Assembly: GCA_046583315.1 (NCBI GenBank) | Contig: JAYGCN010000287.1 | Span: 1 to 20,193 of the forward strand | Length of the DNA stretch: 20,193 bases | Reading direction: 5' to 3' | Source of the DNA: Candidatus Hydrogenedentota bacterium | GTDB taxonomy: Bacteria; Hydrogenedentota; Hydrogenedentia; Hydrogenedentales; GCA-2746185 | Shown here: in pieces, positions 16,909 to 20,193 of the stretch | Position numbering within the stretch: the stretch's first letter is position 1 | How the letters are laid out: each line of letters begins with the position of its first letter | Program-made: the position numbers and the translations under genes | The notes under the pieces: model-generated | Databases searched by the model: none | What the model was told of the DNA's origin: nothing | Seen by the model: the letters and a program-made list of their open reading frames with translations, nothing else

Positions 16909-19428
16909 CTAGTCTCCCCCAGACGGAACCAGAATATCTCTGGCCTTGCTACCGATATGCGGACCTACGATCCCCTTCACTTCCATCATATCTATCAACC
17001 GAGCAGCTCTAGTATACCCTACTCGTAGACGTCGTTGCACCATAGAAATTGATGCCTGTCCCGTATCAGTGACAACCCGAACCGCATCGTCAAACAACTC
17101 ATCGGTCTCGTCGCTCATCTCAAGAAGTTCTTCTTGTTTCTTACCAAAATTTTCTATCTCGTCACGATACTGCGGCGGTGCCTGTCGCTTGAGATGAGAA
17201 ATCAAATCATTCATGTCCTCATCGCTGACGAAGGCTCCCTGAATGCGAACCGGTTTACTGCTACCGGCCGGCAAGTAAAGCATGTCCCCTTTTCCGATGA
17301 GACGCTCCGCGCCAATCTCATCCAGGATACAACGCGAGTCCACACGCGATGACACCTGAAACGATATACGCGTTGGAAAGTTCGCCTTGATAACACCCGT
17401 CAACACGTCTACAGACGGACGCTGCGTAGCAATGATTAAATGGATACCCACCGCACGCGCGAGCTGCGCCAATCGAGCGATCGAATCCTCCACTTCAGCC
17501 TTCGCCAGCATCATCAAATCGGCCAATTCGTCAATAATACATACGATATACGGCAATTTTCGGATGACGGCCATGTTCTCGACTTCATCCTCATCCTCGC
17601 CCTCAATCTCGATTTCACCGTTCTCTACGCTCTCGTTATAAACCTCAATATTGCGCACCCGGAGATGAGCAAAAAGCTTGTAGCGCTCCTCCATTTCGGT
17701 AATCAACCAGTTCAGTGACGTGGCTGCCTTACGCGGGTCAATCACCACAGGCGTTATCAAATGAGGGATATCATTGAAAATCGACAATTCCACCATTTTC
17801 GGATCGATTAACATCAACTGCAACTCGTCCGGAGATTTCGATACCAGTAAACTCGCCAATATCGTTTTGACGCATACCGTTTTACCTGCACCCGTCGCTC
17901 CCGCCACAAGCAAGTGCGGCATCGTCGCGAGGTCCGCCGCAACCACGTCACCCGCGATATCTTTACCCAGTGCCAGCTGCAATTGGCTCTTCTTCTTGTT
18001 GAACTGTTTCGAGGTCAGCAACTCGCGAATCATCACCGCTTCGCCTTCGTCATTCGGAATCTCGATACCCACGCGACCCTTGCCCGGAATAGGCGCTTCC
18101 ACGCGAACACCCTGCGCCTTCAACGCCAACGCCAAGTCGTCGGTCAACGCGATGAAACGCGCCACCTTGATTCCCGAAGCCGGCTCCAACTCGAAACGCG
18201 TCAACGTAGGACCGCGCGTGATGTCCGTTACTTTCGCTTCGATGCCGAACGTTTTCAGCGTGTCCTCAAGCAACGTGGCCGTATCCCGCAACTGAGAGGT
18301 TAAGTCATGATGCTGAACCGATGGCGATTCCTCGAACATGGTAATCTTCGGTTTGCTGTATCGTTTGGGATATACATAGTCTGCCGGTATCTCGTCAATC
18401 ACGTTTTTGCGCCGTAAACGGGCCTTTTGTGGGGATTTCGGCACTTCTACCAGGGCCGTCTGTGGCTCTTCCGAGACTACCTCTGCGTCCAATTCTTCCT
18501 CATCATCATCTTCTTCTTCATCTTCGTAATCGTCCTCGTCCGGCAATTCCATCTGATCGACAGGCTCTACCACTTCCGGGGCAACCTGAATATTTACCTC
18601 AAAAGCTTCCGGCTCCGCATCCGGTTCACTCGACACATACTCAGGCTCGGGCGCGTCGGAGTGAATGTTAATGGCGACCTCAACCGATTCCGTGTGGCTC
18701 TTCGCAGCAGCGACCGCCGCACGCACCTTGCCCTTTTTCGTGCGCAACAACGACCCGAGTCGCTCCATCCAACCCGGACCACTCGGCTCTTGGGCCCGCT
18801 CAGGGGCATCCGTCGCTTTCGCTTTAACGGTAATCGCACGACGCGCTTTTTCTTCACGACGCGCATGCATGGACATCATATACTCGTTGCGCAATTCATC
18901 AACGGACCGAATCACCAACATGAATACGGAATACAGTGACTGCAAGAATCGAATAAACAAGAATTCCGTCGCGAGCAATAGTCCTACCGCCGCTAACGTT
19001 ACCGAGATAACACCCGCGCCAATCGTCCCGAAATAAGGCTGTACCATGTCTGCAAAGAATAATCCCACCGCACCGCCCGGCTCACTTACTTGACCGAAAG
19101 CGACGTGCAGAAAACCAGCGACCGACACGATCAACATCACCGAGCCCGCCACGCGTGTTCCAATTCGATCAAGCGGCTGATGGCGAAGCTGCATCAAACC
19201 CCACATCCCAACCAGGAAATACAGAAGATGCGCCGCATGGCCTATGGCAACATAAACCATCCCAACCATAAATCCTCCGCCCGTACCCAAACTCGTTAGC
19301 GGTCGGTTGCTGTTACCCTGATAGGAATCGGTGGCAAGGGCCAGGAACAATCCTGCGCTCACCGCAAGCATAATAATTCCGCGGATCTCGGACTTACGTT
19401 CCTCGGAAATAGAAGACAATGTACTCAA
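16909..19428 (-). CDS. ftsK: DNA translocase FtsK/SpoIIIE
   Basis: N-terminal multi-TM domain, acidic linker, GPTLTRFELEP, MPHLLVAGATGAGKT (Walker A), IDPKMVEL, IIDELADLMM (Walker B), ATQRPSVDV, gamma domain ASISMVQRRLRVGYTRAARLID. Start taken at TTG 19428 with AGGAGG 10 nt upstream; the track starts at 19503. Confidence 0.97.
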   Translation of the reverse strand: MSTLSSISEERKSEIRGIIMLAVSAGLFLALATDSYQGNSNRPLTSLGTGGGFMVGMVYVAIGHAAHLLYFLVGMWGLMQLRHQPLDRIGTRVAGSVMLIVSVAGFLHVAFGQVSEPGGAVGLFFADMVQPYFGTIGAGVISVTLAAVGLLLATEFLFIRFLQSLYSVFMLVIRSVDELRNEYMMSMHARREEKARRAITVKAKATDAPERAQEPSGPGWMERLGSLLRTKKGKVRAAVAAAKSHTESVEVAINIHSDAPEPEYVSSEPDAEPEAFEVNIQVAPEVVEPVDQMELPDEDDYEDEEEDDDEEELDAEVVSEEPQTALVEVPKSPQKARLRRKNVIDEIPADYVYPKRYSKPKITMFEESPSVQHHDLTSQLRDTATLLEDTLKTFGIEAKVTDITRGPTLTRFELEPASGIKVARFIALTDDLALALKAQGVRVEAPIPGKGRVGIEIPNDEGEAVMIRELLTSKQFNKKKSQLQLALGKDIAGDVVAADLATMPHLLVAGATGAGKTVCVKTILASLLVSKSPDELQLMLIDPKMVELSIFNDIPHLITPVVIDPRKAATSLNWLITEMEERYKLFAHLRVRNIEVYNESVENGEIEIEGEDEDEVENMAVIRKLPYIVCIIDELADLMMLAKAEVEDSIARLAQLARAVGIHLIIATQRPSVDVLTGVIKANFPTRISFQVSSRVDSRCILDEIGAERLIGKGDMLYLPAGSSKPVRIQGAFVSDEDMNDLISHLKRQAPPQYRDEIENFGKKQEELLEMSDETDELFDDAVRVVTDTGQASISMVQRRLRVGYTRAARLIDMMEVKGIVGPHIGSKARDILVPSGGD

Positions 19429-19464
19429 GGGCGAAACGCCTCCTGCAAGGTTCGGGTTTGCGGG

Positions 19465-19587
19465 ATCCGACCTATAGTGTCGATAATTCACATCCACTAC
19501 CATATAGTGTAGTTAGAGCCTAGCAAAAAGTGTTCTTTTTAGCAACAAAATAGTGCCCAATATTCGATAAAATAGTATATATTGTGT
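19465..19587. promoter_or_regulatory. AT-rich ftsK promoter region with NrdR-box-like motifs
   Basis: ATAGTATATATTGTGT (19572-19587) matches 14/16 of acaCwAtATaTwGtgt; further ATAGTG half-sites end at 19479, 19509 and 19555; minus-strand TTGCTA-17 nt-TAGGCT promoter candidate (19545-19517). Confidence 0.45.
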
Positions 19588-19730
19588 ATTTCAGTCCAAA
19601 TTGTCACATTTTAATGCGAATAGTACTACTCCGGGCCGTGTTCCCTGTCAGGAAAACTTAGGTTTTTGTCAATTCCTCTGATAAAATCTCCTTTTTCGGC
19701 CCTATATCCAAAAATGCCAGGAGATACGAA

Positions 19731-20193
19731 TTGAGCACACTCCAAAAACTATCCGATGACCTATGGAACGGACAAACCTCCACCCATCAAAAAGAGCACC
19801 ACCCCTTCGTTCCGCTCAACCAAATCGAAGCCGTCTCGGAGTCTGTCGCGTTCCTCAAGAGCTTTTCCAACATCACCGTGGTCAAAACCGGGGACAGCGC
19901 GGTCCTCATCGACACAGGTTCCTTCCACCCCGTTGCCCACACGCGAAGTTTCGAAGTCATTCGTTCGGAGACCCCCGCGCGAATCGATTCCGCCATTTAC
20001 ACGCACGGCCACGTGGATCACGCTTACGGTCTTCCGCCTTTTCTTGCTGAGGCCGTATCGAAAGGCTGGAAAGCGCCATCGATCTACGGGCACGAGTCGA
20101 TCTGTTGCCGCATGGACCGCTATATCGAAACCGAAGGCTACAACACCATCATCAACGAGCGTCAGTTCGGTCACGCCATCGACTGGCCGACCG
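19731..20193 (+). CDS. Metallo-beta-lactamase-fold hydrolase, alkyl sulfatase (SdsA1/BDS1)-like; runs off the right window edge
   Basis: Not in the ORF track. TTG start after AGGAG (19719-19723): MSTLQKLSDDLWNG...SFSNITVVKTGDSAVLIDTG...AIYTHGHVDHAYG...IYGHE...RMDRY..T.GYN.IINERQF; HxHxDH motif; frame open to the end. Confidence 0.85.
   Translation, partial: MSTLQKLSDDLWNGQTSTHQKEHHPFVPLNQIEAVSESVAFLKSFSNITVVKTGDSAVLIDTGSFHPVAHTRSFEVIRSETPARIDSAIYTHGHVDHAYGLPPFLAEAVSKGWKAPSIYGHESICCRMDRYIETEGYNTIINERQFGHAIDWPT

Noticed and set aside
18480..18560. TCA/TCT trinucleotide-like low-complexity run
   Set aside because: It encodes the Asp/Glu-rich FtsK linker and is not an independent repeat element.
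19500..19730. AT-rich gap as a replication origin or SOS-box region
   Set aside because: No TTATNCACA DnaA boxes seen, and no full match to CTGT-N8-ACAG, GAAC-N4-GTTC or TGTTC-N4-GAACA.

Overview
Bacterial chromosomal window made mostly of housekeeping genes, with no mobile element, CRISPR array or rRNA/tRNA gene visible. Left to right: a Cys-type (CSPTR) secreted sulfatase running off the left edge (-); a Tat-signal aldo/keto reductase (-); a divergent DUF6599-like lipoprotein (+); an etfB-etfA-fadF/etfD-like operon (-); a Zn-ribbon + degenerate MshEN/GSPII_N + HDOD protein (-); a divergent 1419-aa TPR-like / repetitive coiled-coil / TM / LRR protein and an Sfp-type PPTase (+); an ftsK-short rodZ-pgsA-alr-yacP(NYN) block (-); and an MBL-fold alkyl-sulfatase-like gene running off the right edge (+). 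The best candidate for an undescribed system is the divergent MshEN-HDOD / giant coiled-coil-LRR pair, whose rod has exact 77- and 74-residue repeats. Also notable are NrdR-box-like motifs upstream of ftsK, an alanine racemase with substituted active-site residues, a Tat-signal AKR lacking the catalytic His, and several promoter candidates sharing an 18-bp spacer. All family calls come from motif recognition by eye, not database searches. The domain style loosely suggests Ca. Hydrogenedentota or a similar poorly studied lineage, which is unverified.
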